Below the pieces are notes generated by a model that was not told the DNA's origin, did not search any database, and saw only the letters and a program-made list of their open reading frames with translations. DNA of 64,000 bases from Macrostomum lignano (taxonomy: Eukaryota): positions 62,001 to 126,000 of the forward strand of contig NIVC01003772.1 in NCBI GenBank assembly GCA_002269645.1, in the 5' to 3' direction. This document shows, in pieces, positions 14,314 to 27,700 of the stretch (within the stretch, counting starts at the first letter, position 1; each line of letters begins with the position of its first letter). The translations under genes and the position numbers were made by a program.

Positions 14314-17300
14314 ATGTCTCTAGACCCTGCTGTACAGAGGCGACAGCAGTTGCAGCCTAATCGGCACTATTCTTGTGACTCGGCAGAGATGCGCATAGCT
14401 GGGCAGTATGAGCTGCATCACACCATTGGCCGGGGCCATTTTGCTGTTGTCAAACTAGCTAGGCACGTGTTTACTGGCGAACAGGTTGCCGTTAAAGTTA
14501 TTGACAAAGCTAAGTTAGATTCGTCTAATCGAGAGAGCCTCTATCAGGAGGTGATGTGTATGAAGCTTGTACAGCATCCGAATGTTGTCAGGCTGTATGA
14601 CGTAATTGATACGCCTAATAAGCTCTATCTCATATTGGAGTTGGGCGACGGCGGTGACCTGTACGATTTCATTGTTCGACAGGACGACAACAGCGGATTA
14701 AAGGAGTCTTTAGCTAAGAGTTTCTTTTATCAGATTGTCACTGCAATTGCTTATTGTCATCGGTTGCACGTGTGTCATCGAGATTTAAAATTAGAGAACT
14801 GTGTTGTATTCGAACGACTGGGCGTTGTTAAACTGACCGATTTCGGTTTCTCCAATGTGTTCACGCCTGGCAAGTATTTGGAAACCTCTTGCGGCTCGTT
14901 GGCCTATTCGGCGCCGGAAATTCTGCTTGGCGATTCCTATGATGCGCCTAAGGTGGATGTCTGGTCGCTAGGTGAGCTTCTGAGTTTTGTAGCAGGCTCT
15001 CTAGAGATTAAGGATGCCAAATTGGAAACCCAGCTGGCAGCAGTCAAAGCATATCTATACCCTATGCTTTTGATCTGTTAAGCCTCTGACCTCTGACTAC
15101 TGAGAATCCTCCATACGCTGCCTGCAAGGGGCCTTGGCTGTTTCTTGCCTTAGTCTATGGGCCATAGTCGATTGTCGATTGTTTTGTATAACAGAAACAG
15201 AAACAGATACAATTGATGTTGCAAAGAATAAAATGAAATGACTGCGATGAGTCGCTGGCTGTCTACAGATGAAGCAATAGGCATTTGGACTGCAGAGTAT
15301 TGTATTAGATATAAGTGATAAATGCAAGTAGGCAACATCCCTTGTGGTGTTGGAGAGGCAATGGTCAAGGAGGGTTGAGCTCGCAGGGGCTGGAGAGAGC
15401 TAGGAAAGAGAGAAACCGATCGATTCTCAGTTTGGGTTTCTTTTTATCACTTTGGTTGGCTTTGACAGTCTTAGCCCATAGACTAAGGCATGAAACAGCC
15501 AAGGCCCCTCGCAGCAGCGTATGGAGGATTCTCTCGGTTTAAATGGCTTTTTTCTCAGTTAGGCTGTCAAAAACACTACTTGAACTAATTACATTAAATA
15601 TGACATTTAGCTCCTCTTAGAGTGCATTTTAATGAGTATCTAATTATTCTAAATCAGGGAAATTTTGAAATGTAAAATATAAAAACTAGCTAATAAGCAG
15701 TGTCAATAAGCGCGTGACTTACCACCGCTGTACCCCCTGTGTGAGTGGGTGTGTGAGTGTGTGCCTGCCTACGGTCTTGGCGCGCTTGTGTGTGGGCAGA
15801 ATCGTGTGTGGCCAAGCGCAGCGGAATGGCGCAGAATCGCTGCACCTCTGCATGGTTGTGGGACAAAGTCACCGAGGGCGTTGCGCCTGGGTGCCCACAA
15901 AATAACTTTTGCAATGATTAAAATGATTGACAAGTGTCGCTCATCGTTCATACCATCGTTTGACAGGCGTGATCCTATTCATGCTAGTATCCGGTCGACT
16001 GCCATTTCAAGAGCCTAACGATTCCGAGACCTTAGCTCGCATTATGGACGTGCGTTACAAAGTCCCTAAGCACGTTACCGACCAATGTCGCAGCCTAATT
16101 AGCCGATTATTGCAGCGGGATCCATCGAAACGGCCAACTTTGGATGGCATACTAACTGACGATTGGTTCGCCGACGTGCAGCATAGCGTCTACGATGAGA
16201 GGCCATTGATTAGTCTGGGTAGGATTAGTCAGGCTGACCAACAGGAGGTTATTGGCAAGATGGTGAGTAGCAGATGTTAGAGACAGTCCTGGGTTTTGGT
16301 TTACATTCATATTTTCTGTCCTAATGTACATCCATGCAATTTTCTCTCTTGCCCAGTGTACATGCTTGCTGTTTATCTCTGCCCCAGTGTACATCCAGAC
16401 TGTGTGCCCCAATGTACAGTTTGGTTCTCTGTCCCAATGTACATTGAGTTTCTCTGTCCCAATGTACAGCCAGATTATCTGCCTCAATGTACATTCATGC
16501 AGTTTTCTCTCTGCCCAGTGTACAATCATGCAGTTTTTTTTCTGCCCATTGTACAACCAGATTCTCTGCCCCAATGTACATTGAGATTCTCTGCCCCAAT
16601 GTACATTCCGATTCTCTGCCCCAATGTACATTGAGATTCTCTGCTCCAATGTACATTCAGATTCTCTGCCCCAATGTACATTCCGATTCTCTGCCCCAAT
16701 GTACACTGAGATTCTCTGCCCCAATGTACATTCGGATTCTCTGCCCCAATGTACATTCGGATTCTCTGCCCCAATGTACATTCAGATTCTCCGCCCCAAT
16801 GTACATTCCGATTCTCTGCCCCAATGTACATTCAGATTCTCTGCTCCAATGTACATTAAAATTTTCTGTCTCGGTGTCCGTTCAGTTTGTCACAAACTTG
16901 CAGTCGATTTAAACAATTTGAACTGTCGCACTGCAGGTGGACGGCGGCCTAGCAACAGAGCAGGAGATACTCGAAGCATTAGAACGCGACGATTACAGTT
17001 ACATTACGTCCACGTTTTATCTGCTAGCTGAGAGGTTAATTAAACGGAACCTAGCATCTCCGGCCGCGGGTTCTTCCGCTCGACATTTGCTGCTACAACA
17101 TCAGCAGCATCAAAGCCAGCGAAAGACATCGGATCCGTCTGCATTGTCGGCAGCGAGTGCTGACATTCAGCAGCAGCAACAGCAAGCATCCAGCGGCGGC
17201 GGCAGCAGTCGACAATCTTCGTCTGCTTCGCTTAGCGTCGAAGAGAAACTGCGCCGTTTCTCAATGATTCTAGAAGAAGAAGACGACGATGTCGCTTGTT

Positions 17301-18451
17301 TGGAAGAGGCCGGTGCCGCCGGCGCCGCGGCCGCAGCGGCTGGGAGCGGCACCCCGCCGGTTCGTTTGCAGTCTCCGCAGTTCAGCGGCGGCGGTGGGGT
17401 GGGCGGCCGTCTCTCCAGCCTATCAGGATTGGCCGCCCTGTGCGATCCAATCAGAGAAGAGGAGACAGGGGAGGGCGGAGTGCTGCAGATTCCTACGCCG
17501 GTTCTTTCTTCATCGGCGCTGTTTCCCGGCGCGGCGACGCTGCAATCTGCGAATATCGGCGGCGGAGGCTCGTCGACATCGTCGCAGAAGCGTCGATCTA
17601 GCGCGGCTAGAGAGAGCAGTTTCTCGTTGAGCTCGCTGGCTTCGAGTCTTCGATCGCTGTCGTCTCAGCGGGTGGCAGTGGATTTGATGCGCGATCTAGG
17701 CGGCTGTCCCAGCCCTATTAACAATGGCAGCAAGCAGAACTCGTGTGTGTTCTATCCAGCTAGCGGAAATACTACTACCAGTACTACTACTAGCAATAAC
17801 AATAATAGTAATTCCACAATTCTCGCTGCCACCACGGCGCCAGTTGCTTCAACAGATGAAGTTGACCTTGAAGCCGACTCTGACGACGACTGCGACAGAG
17901 AAATAATTGACAACAATTCCGGAGATGATACTGTGGATTCGAGCAGAAAGAATGCTACTAGAAGTAGTAGTAGTAATAAACAGCCGCGCAAAGAGTCCGA
18001 TAGTAATCACAATAGGCGAACTGGCTTATCCGGTCATGTTAATCAGTGCGTATCGCTTAGCTCAGAAGAGATCCACAGAGCGTCTGATAGCGGGTCATCT
18101 ACTCGTTCGCAAAAGCAGAAACAGCAGCAGCAGCAGCAGCAAGCGCATTCTTCCAGACAGCGCAGGCGTTCGTCCCGCAGTTCTAGACAGCGAAATAGTA
18201 GGCAGATCGGTCGCCTGCCTCCGCACAATAGCGGTGGTCATCAGCAGAGAAATCATAGTCACCAGGCGGTTGATATCAACAGCGGCAATGCCAAATGGCA
18301 GCGTCAGCAACAGCTGGCTTCCTGTTCAAGACAGGATAGCGGATTAGTCATCGCTGTTGCTAATTCCTCGGCTCAAGCCACTAATACTGCTCAGGCTGCG
18401 TCAAAAGCATCAATGGAGAAGTTTCGAATACGGTGTTGTACAATCAGCTGA
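14314..18451 (+). CDS. SNRK: SNF1-related serine/threonine kinase SNRK (kinase + UBA + low-complexity tail), ~822 aa
   Basis: Exons 14314-14971, 15967-16262, 16937-18451 (the start could be ATG 14389). Motifs IAGQY...[58 protein letters not shown] and [12 protein letters not shown] are diagnostic of SNRK. Confidence 0.95.
15102..15533. mobile_element. MITE-like element / ~60-bp inverted repeat in SNRK intron 1
   Basis: 15102-15162 is the reverse complement of 15474-15533 with few mismatches. No TSD recognised. Confidence 0.6.
16300..16865. repeat. 25-bp minisatellite (GATTCTCTGCCCCAATGTACATTSA), SNRK intron 2
   Basis: Period 25 (16561, 16586, 16611). Confidence 0.95.
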
Positions 18452-18830
18452 ATTGGAAATCAATCTGCATTTGTTTTGTGTGCGCGCGTTTGGGAAATTC
18501 AACTGAAATTGATGAAATCAATCGTTACTGATCGATCTGACGGCTTGCAAAATTTTACGTAACTGCGGTAGAAACAGTGTCATTCGGCATTGCCCAGCTG
18601 GCACTACAGGTGCTAGAATAGTCAGCTATTTCACTCGAAATTTGTTTTAAAAAATCGAAGCATCTACTCTTTTTTCAGTAGTTTATCTGCGCAGTGTCAC
18701 CTAAGTTTAATGTGACAGCTAAAATTTTCTTTCCTTCCTCGCTCGAGGTTTGTAGCCTAAGGATCATCCCTGGGATTAAGAATATTAAACTTGATGTAAA
18801 AAAGTGAAACAGACAGTCTAGTTAGTTAAC

Positions 18831-19455
18831 AGGCCCAATCTAGCTCAGCCAACGAGAGAGCAGTAAGGAGAGAGGGTCAAAGTCAGACGGACGAAACTCA
18901 GCCTAGGGGGCAGGCCCAATCTGGCTCAGCCAATGAGAGAGCAGTAAGGAGAGATTGTCAAAGTCAGACTGACGAAACTCAGCCTAGGGGACAGGCCCAA
19001 TCTGGCTCAGCCAACGAGAGAGCAGTAAGGAGAGAGGGTCAAAGTCAGACGGACGAAACTCAGCCTAGGGGGCAGGCCCAATCTAGCTCAGCCAGTGAGA
19101 GAGCAGTAAGGAGAGATTGTCAAAGTCAGACTGACGAAACTCAGCCTAGGGGACAGGCCCAATCTAGCTCAGCCAATGAGATAGCAGTAAGGAGAGAGGT
19201 TAAAGTCTGACGGATAAAATTCAGCCTAGGGGACAGGCCCAATCTAGCTCAGCCAATGAGATAGCAGTAAGGAGAGAGGGTCAAAGTCAGACGGACGAAA
19301 CTCAGCCTAGGGGACAGGCCCAATCTAGCTCAGCCAATGAGATAGCAGTAAGGAGAGAGGGTCAAAGTCAGACGGACGAAACTCAGCCTAGGGGACAGGC
19401 CCAATCTGGCTCAGCCAATGGGATAGCAGTAAGGAGAGAAGTCAAAGCCAGACAT
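18831..19455. repeat. 81-bp tandem repeat, ~7.5 copies, downstream of the SNRK stop
   Basis: TRGCTCAGCC recurs at 18841, 18922 and onward. No spacers between units. Confidence 0.95.
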
Positions 19456-21116
19456 AAGCGGGCAAGAAGAAAGCCTAGCTTTATCGGCCTGGCTGGGGGC
19501 TGGGGCGCCAACCTTTTTCTTTCTTGCTCGCTAAGCACAGGCACTGGATTTGGGTGCAGCTTCAAACCTTGTGAAGATGTTATTTAACAGATTTACTTTT
19601 AGAAAGCCAGACAGAAGGCGATTGTTTCAGCTTTAAAAACTTAATGTAAGGTTTAATAGATTTTTAATTTTACTAAAACGAATTAAAAGCGCTAATTTTA
19701 CTACTGAAAAAGAGTAGATAAGCGAATTTTTTCGTGCGGCCTAACGAGTTATTCTAGTATCTGTGGCTGGCATCAGACTACATTAAAATCAACTAAAGCA
19801 TATCTTAATATGTTGTAATAATACAGTAAATTAGCTTTAGTTTCATAAGTTTTATTATAAATGTCCCCTTTAATTTGTTGAATTTACACTTCAAAAAAAT
19901 CTATTTAGTAGAGTTTAAAATCGACCCGGTAAGTCAATTGTGAAGAGACAATATTGCCTGTAGTAATTTTTGTTTTCTATTTAATCTCGTGTACAATTTT
20001 TATTAAAGAAAACGTTCATATTTATCAATATTGCTACTAACAGTAGTGCTACAATATGCAAATTTGTTTTTGTGCAGTTCAAGCCTCTGAGCTGAGTGTG
20101 CTCAGTCTGTGATTGTTAAATTTGAAATTTATTAAATTCTAAAACCATAAAATTGCTTATTGATGCTTATAATTAACACTGTAAAGGTAAAGGCTCATAT
20201 TAGTGAGCTCAAATTCTTTTTATTGATTTATAAACTTTGTATATGTATATATTATTTACTTAGATAGATTGGCCATTTAGCTGTTGCTATAATTATTTGT
20301 AAATAATATTTATTTGCTCTCAGGGTTAACTCGGAGATTGTGGAAGAAGTTAACAGAAACTGACATATTTATATTCATATATATATATATATATTTGAGT
20401 AAACTGAATAAAAATTCAATAATAATTATCATAAATATAGTTGATGTTCCTAAAGTTCCTGGACATTTTTTGACCAGCGCCTTGATAGTGCAGTTCCCTT
20501 TTTCGTGCTTTTCTCATGCAGAATTGTTATGCAAAGAAGAGAACTAAGAGTTTTCTCTCTGTCTTGAAAGAGTTTTGAAATTGTGTGCTTTTACACAAGA
20601 CCGTCTCCACAATCGATGTTGGGTTCGCTATGCATGACTATATTTTTTCGGCACCTGCGCACTTACTCTACTCTCTTATAGTTGTCAACTATATGGATTT
20701 TGTAATATGCGTTTTTTGAGCTCAGTTGAGTAGTATATATTTTCACTACGCGCACACGTTTTTTAAAATGTAAAACTAAACCAACCTGTTTATGCAATTG
20801 CTGTTATTTCGATGCTCTGATGCAGAGATTGTAGTTATATTTTAGTATGTCATTCTTTGCAATTGTTTGTGTCTGTCTTTAGTTAACATTTGTCTTTTTC
20901 ACTTATTTTAATATCTTATATTCGTTTTGTAAATTCTATTTTTTTAAAGTAGCCAATGACATTTTTTGGCTATGATCAAGTCGTTTGTTAATGCGAGTAA
21001 ATATAACTGAATATTGTGCGTTTAGTGATTAAATATATATCAATATGCGATAATATATCATGCAGGTTAGCAGATTAAATCTATGTTTATTATTGCGATT
21101 ATGTTTATTTTTACTG

Positions 21117-21515
21117 AATGATCTATAGGCAGGGGTAGCATTCTACCGAGTGATCTATAGGCAGGGGTAGCATTCTACCGAGTGATCTATAGGCAGGGGT
21201 AGCATCCTACTGAGTGATCTATAGGCAGGGGTAGCATCCTACTGAGTGATCTATAGGCAGGGGTAGCATCCTACTGAGTGGTCTATTGGTATGGGTAGCA
21301 TCCTGCTGAGTGATCTATAGGCAGGGGTAGCATCCCGCTGAGTGATCTATAGGCAGGGGTAGCATCCCGCTGAGTGATCTATAGGCAGGGGTAGCATCCC
21401 GCTGAGTGATCTATAGGCAGGGGTAGCATCCCGCTGAGTGATCTATAGGCAGGGGTAGCATCCCGCTGAGTGATCTATAGGCAGGGGGTAGCATCCCGCT
21501 GAGTGATCTATAGGT
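21117..21515. repeat. 32-bp minisatellite (GAGTGATCTATAGGCAGGGGTAGCATCCYRCT), ~12 copies, upstream of GCN1
   Basis: Period 32; ends ~190 bp before the GCN1 ATG. Confidence 0.95.
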
Positions 21516-21704
21516 AGGGTAACAGCCCCCTATTACGAAGTGAGTTTCGGCATGTATTTCTGCTAATTTTTACCTTCATGAGATACACAGCTACTGATTA
21601 GTGCACTCTGATTTTTTCAAAATTCCAAAGTCAATATTAGCCAATAAGTTGGCTTAGAAGTTGCTTGGTTCTGGTAGACATTATTATCAACACTGTCAGT
21701 GACT

Positions 21705-24700
21705 ATGGAAGAGGTCAAATCGTTTTTGACCAGCGTGAAGAGCAAAGGCGCCTCTGTGCAAACACGCGAAGTACTGGCGGTGTGCGAGGCTCTGACAGAT
21801 AATTGTGAGTGTCTGAGAATCAGCGGACTGTCTCTGAGACGATTTCTTTTGAGATGGGGCACTTTATAGTAAATTGGGAGGCTGCGGATTGTAAGGATCA
21901 GCAGCTGTGTTGTGTCAAGAATAGCAGGGATGTCAGGATATAGCTAAGCAGTGTTTGAATGACAGCGGGTGTTTCTCAGACAAGATAGAGAGGTGTCAGG
22001 AAAGACAGGAGGGGTGCCAGGGCAGACAAAATGGGTGTCAGGAAAGACAAACGGGTGTCAGGAAAGACAAATGAGTGTCAGGAAAGACAAAATGGGTGTC
22101 AGGAAAGATAGAGGGGTGTCAGGAAAGACAAAAGAGTGTCAGGAAAGACAAAATGGGTGTCAGGAAAGACAAAATGGGTGTCAGGAAGGACAAAATGGGT
22201 GTCAGGAACGACAAAATGGGTGTCAGGAAAGACAAAATGGGTGTCAGGAAAGACAAAATGGATGTCAGGAAAGACAAAATGGGTGTCAGGAAAGACAAAA
22301 TGGGTGTCAGGAAAGACAAAATGGGTGTCAGGAAAGACAGAGGGATCTCAGGAAAGATAAAGGGTGTCAGGAAAGACAAAATGGGTGTCAGGAAAGACAA
22401 AGGGGTATTAGAAAATTCAGGGGGTGTCAGAAGAGACAGCGAGGTGTCAGGTAAGACAACGGGGTGTCGGAAATATAGCAACGTGTCATGGAGGTGCGGG
22501 AGGTGTCAGGGAACTGAAAAAGCCACTGAGTAAGTTTTAAACATTTAATATCTCTCACCGCTGTCAGGCATTCCTGATGCGGCTTTGAAGGCCTTCTTCA
22601 AGCACATCTCGCCGCTAAGCGCTCACTATCCTAACGGCAGTCGGAGACGGGCCTCTCTGCTCAAGCTGTTTAGTCGGCTGCAGGCTACTCACCCAGCCGC
22701 TGTTGAGCACTGCAGAGTGTTCTGCTCGGATTTGGAGAGGTTCTATACGGGTCCGACGCCAAGGTATAGTGCTGTGTTACTAGGCTGTTATCGATCGGCT
22801 CTGATTTCAGGAAAGATATGATGACCCAAATGTACCAAGAATCGCCCCTAATATACAAAAATCGTCTTTAATATACCAACATCGCCCCTAATCTCAGGAA
22901 TCGCCCCCCCCCCCTAATCTCAAGAATCGCCCCCTAATCTCAAGAATCGCCCTTTAATCTCAAGAATCGCCCCCTAATCTCAAGAATCGCCCTTTAATCT
23001 CAAGAATCGCCCCCTAATCTCAAGAATCGCTCCTAGTCTCAAGAATCGCCCTTTAATTGTAGGAATCGCCCCTTAATCTCAAGAATCGCCGACAATCTCA
23101 AGAATCGCTCCTAATCTCAAGAATCGCCCCTAATCTCAAGAATCTCCCCTAATCTCAAGAATCGCCCTTTATCTTAAGAATCGCCCCTAATCTCAAGAAT
23201 CGCCCTCCTAATCTCAAGAATCGCCCCTAATCTCAAAAATCGCCCTCCTAATCTCAAGAATCGCCCCTAATCTCAAGAATCGCCCCTGATCTCAGAAATC
23301 GCCCCCTAATCTCGAGAATCGCCCCTAATCTCAGGAATCGCTCCCTAATCTCCTGCAGCCCGTCGCACCTGCGGGAAAGCGTATTCTCCCTGCACTGCCT
23401 GGCGTCAGCCCTGATTGCTGCCAGTCAACAGCAAGCGGTCACTATTGGCACAGTGCGGCAAGCACTGCTGTCCTTTGCCGCCCTATTGCAAGGCCACTAT
23501 TTGGCTAAGCGGGCCAGCCTTCGAGTTGCTTTTCAACGAGTTGCTGCTCGACTGTTTCAGGTATTTGTATACGAGCTATAGGCTGAATAATAATAATGAT
23601 GTAACCACGCTCTGGTCGCGGGATAGGGCATGGGAACTTTTTCGAAAGTGCCTCCTATCCCGTGCACCCTCTGCACAGAGCTGTCGAGACTCGGCCAGGT
23701 CTCCGACCAGGCCTGGAGACTCCCGCTCTGCTGCACCCCTCCTGCTGCCTTGGTTCCGTCTCCCCTGCCGCCACACCTGCCTTTCCGGAGCTCCCCACCC
23801 CTCTCTGTATCTCCCCCTCTACCCTATCTCTTCTGTTTTTCGCCCTATTCTTCCTGTACTTTCCCTATCCCCCCTCTTTTCGTCTCCCTCTGCACTCTTT
23901 TCCTGCGCTGTCCCCCCTTTTCCTGTGTCTACTTACAGTATTTTGTGTGCTCACCGTCTCCCCATCCCCTCTCAAACTCCCAAACGGTGACGCAAGTCGT
24001 GTGACCCCTTCCCCCTCGGTGACTCATCGATGACTCATCCCCCTCTCTTGCGCAATCTTTTCTCACGCCATTGTTCTCCTTCCCAAATTTCTCATGCGAC
24101 ACCCACCCCACCTCCGCTTCTATTGTTCTCGTTTTTGATTCTTTTGTTCTCTCGACCCCCACCAATTATCACATTTTCTCCGATTTTCTCTTTCTTTTGT
24201 TCTCGTTTTCGCACCTAATTATCACCTTTTCCCCAATGTTTACTTTTCCATTGTTCTCAGTTCTCCCCAATTATCCCCGATTTCCAATTCCTTTGTTCTC
24301 GACCCCAGCCCTATTGTTCTCAATGTTTGCTTGCGCAACACTTTCGTGACCACCCGCTGCGCCAATTATCCCCCTACCCCACCTCCGGATTGCGCAATTT
24401 CCCGATTTCTCATGTTGCTATGCCGGTCTCATGCTTCTCATCATGACTCATTCTGACGTCATTCTGCCGGCAGCCAATCAGAGAGAGGGAGCCATGGTAA
24501 CGACCTTGAGGAGGCGGCTGTGAGGTCTATAAAAGGAAGCGATTTCGGCATGAGAATCCTCAGTCGCTTCCTCTCCTCGTCCTTCTTTGGACTTGCAGTC
24601 AGATTGAGTTCTGACCCATTCGTCTATAAGACGAATCCCTGCCGGTCCGCGGTCTGTTACCGCCAAGTTATCCTTAGCTCCCCAAGTGAGCTCGCCTATC

Positions 24701-27700
24701 GGCCAGCGGTCTGATACCGCCCAGCATCATCAGCATCGCCTGATCTACATCAGCGCCTCGTCGCTTCAGCGCATCGCCGCTTCACCGTCTGCCTGACTGC
24801 AGCCTACAGCCGCCCTCGGTCACTCCGCCTCTCTCTCTCTCTGTGCAGCTGCCGGTAAGTTCCTGTTACTAATTTGTGCTCTAATTACCTTTGCTTATCC
24901 GGGGTTTGCCTATTTTCCATTATCTGATTAGAGAGCTGAGCCAATTGTGATACCGTAACTTATTGCTGTATTTTACTCAACAGTGAAGCCGCCTAATTGC
25001 CTGATTATTCGCCTAAGGGCCTAATTATTAACTATTAACTAACCCCATCATTATTCACTCTTTCACCATCATTTCACTCATGGCTTGCTAAGCCTTTCTC
25101 CCGGGGTGGCGAAGCATAAGGAAGTTGGGTAAGCTAATGGCCTCTCCCCGTGCAAAGCCCGCCTGTGAGTGCGTGCTGCGGGGCCGCGTGTGCGTGCAGT
25201 AGAGGGATTAGCGAGTCTTGGCACAGAATGGCAGTAGGAAGGTTGCAACCCCATGCTGACGCGTCCCTTCGCCCTGAGCAATCTAAACTATAGACAGTAC
25301 ATGTTCGTCTCATACTACTCTTAGTAATCAAAGTCGCAAGTTAGCCTCGCTCACAGCCACAAAGGATCCCCTGCTGAGAAATCCTCCAGATTGAGCCCAG
25401 AGTTCCCGATCATGCCCCAAGCAGAGTCCCTGTTCTCGGCTGCATGTGTCTCCCCTGTTAGCCTAAATCTCCTGGTAACCAATCCAGGCGGGGCTCTAGC
25501 CTCGAGAGGTCTGGTAGAAAGATCCAGGTGCGCCAGGTCACATAGAGTGGTGGCAGCCACTCGGTCATACGATGACCGAATGACCAACTATTGCACCTTG
25601 GCTACATGAGGGGTCCATGTGGGTCCTTGGCCCTCTGGTCACAAAGCGCTACCAAAGCTATCAATCATGTGGGCGGGACAGTCTGGTGCTGGAGGTCCGT
25701 CAGGCCATTGCCCGGTCATAGGCAGCCTACGGTCATTGCCCCCTCTAGTCATGCGTTCGTCTCTCTACGGAGTGGACAGGCGACAAGGGCGGTTACAACA
25801 ATAACGGAATTGGATGTGTTGGAAAGATATTGAAGTGTTAGGAAGCACAGACAGTAAGGGTGTCAGAATGACACAGTGGGGTGTCAGAATGACACAGTGG
25901 GGTGTCAGAAGGACACAGTGGGGTGTCAGAATGACACAGTGGGGTGTCAGAATGACACAGTGGGGTGTCAGAAGGACACAGTGGGGTGTCAGAATGACAC
26001 AGTGGGGTGTCAGAAGGACACAGTGGGGTGTCAGAATGACACAGTGGGGTGTCAGAATGACACAGTGGGGTGTCAGAAGGACACAGTGGGGTGTCAGAAG
26101 GACACAGTGGGGTGTCAGAATGACACAGTGGGGTGTCAGAAGGACACAGTGGGGTGTCAGAATGACACAGTGGGGTGGACACAGTGGGGTGTCAGAAGGA
26201 CGCAGTGGGGTGTCAGAATGACAGAATTGGTTGTCAGAATGACACAGTGGGGTGTCAGAATGACACAGTGGGGTGTCAGAATGACACAGTGGGGTGTCAG
26301 AATGACACAGTGGGGTGTCAGAATGACACAGTGGGGTGTCAGAATGACACAGTGGGGTGTCAGAATGACACAGTGGGGTGTCAGAATGACACAGTGGGGT
26401 GTCAGAATGACACAGTGGGGTGTCAGAAGGACACAGTGGGTGTCAGAAGGACACAGTGGGGTGTCAGAATGACACAGTGGGGTGTCAGAATGACGGGGTG
26501 TCAGAATGACACAGTGGGGTGTCAGAAGGACACTGGGGACTGGGGTGTCAGAATGACACAGTGGGGTGGACACAGTGGGGTGTCAGAATGACACGGTGGG
26601 GTGTCAGAAGGACACAGTGGGGTGTCAGAAGGACACTGGGGACTGGGGTGTCAGAATGACACAGTGGGGTGGACACAGTGGGGTGTCAGAAGGACGCAGT
26701 GGGGTGTCAGAATGACACAGTGGGGTGTCAGAATGACACAGTGGGGTGTCAGAAGGACACAGTGGGGTGTCAGAATGACACAGTGGGGTGTCAGAATGAC
26801 ACAGTGGGGTGTCAGAATGACACAGTGGGGTGTCAGAAGGACGCAGTTGGGTGTCAGAATGACAGAATTGGTTGTCAGAATGACACAGTGGGGTGTCAGA
26901 ATGACACAGTGGGGTGTCAGAATGACACAGTGGGGTGTCAGAAGGACACAGTGGGGTGTCAGAATGACACAGTGGGATGTCAGAATGACACAGTGGGGTG
27001 TCAGAATGACACAGTGGGGTGTCAGAATCACACAGTGGGGTGTCAGAAGGACACAGTGGGGTGTCAGAAGGACACAGTGGGGTGTCAGAATGACACAGTG
27101 GGGTGTCAGAATGACACAGTGGGGTGTCAGAAGGACACAGTGGGGTGTCAGAATGACACAGTGGGGTGTCAGAAGGACACAGGGGTGTCAGAATGACACA
27201 GTGGGGTGTCAGAAGGACACAGTGGGGTGTCAGAAGGACACAGTGGGGTGTCAGAATGACACAGTGGGGTGTCAGAATGACACAGTGGGGTGTCAGAATG
27301 ACACAGTGGGGTGTCAGAATGACACAGTGGGGTGTCAGAATGACACAGTGGGGTGTCAGAAGGACACAGTGGGGTGTCAGAATGACACAGTGGGGTGTCA
27401 GAATGACACAGTGGGGTGTCAGAATGACACAGTGGGGTGTCAGAATGACACAGTGGGGTGTCAGAATGACACAGTGGGGTGTCAGAATGACACAGTGGGG
27501 TGTCAGAATGACACAGTGGGGTGTCAGAATGACACAGTGGGGTGTCAGAATGACACAGTGGGGTGTCAGAATGACACAGTGGGGTGTCAGAAGGACACAG
27601 TGGGGTGTCAGAATGACACAGTGGGGTGTCAGAATGACACAGTGGGGTGTCAGAATGACACAGTGGGGTGTCAGAAGGACACAGTGGGGTGTCAGAAGGA

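Noticed and set aside
15698-15936. Possible small MITE with CAGTGTCAAT-like ends in SNRK intron 1
   Set aside because: The TIR match is short and imperfect and there is no TSD.
18880-18980. Hammerhead-ribozyme-like words GGACGAAAC / CTGACGAAAC in the 81-bp unit
   Set aside because: No separate CUGANGA with a stem II ahead of GAAA, and no plausible stems I/III on either strand.
18831-19455. CRISPR-like regular repeats (also considered for the other arrays)
   Set aside because: Units are contiguous with no unique spacers, there are no cas genes, and the context is eukaryotic.
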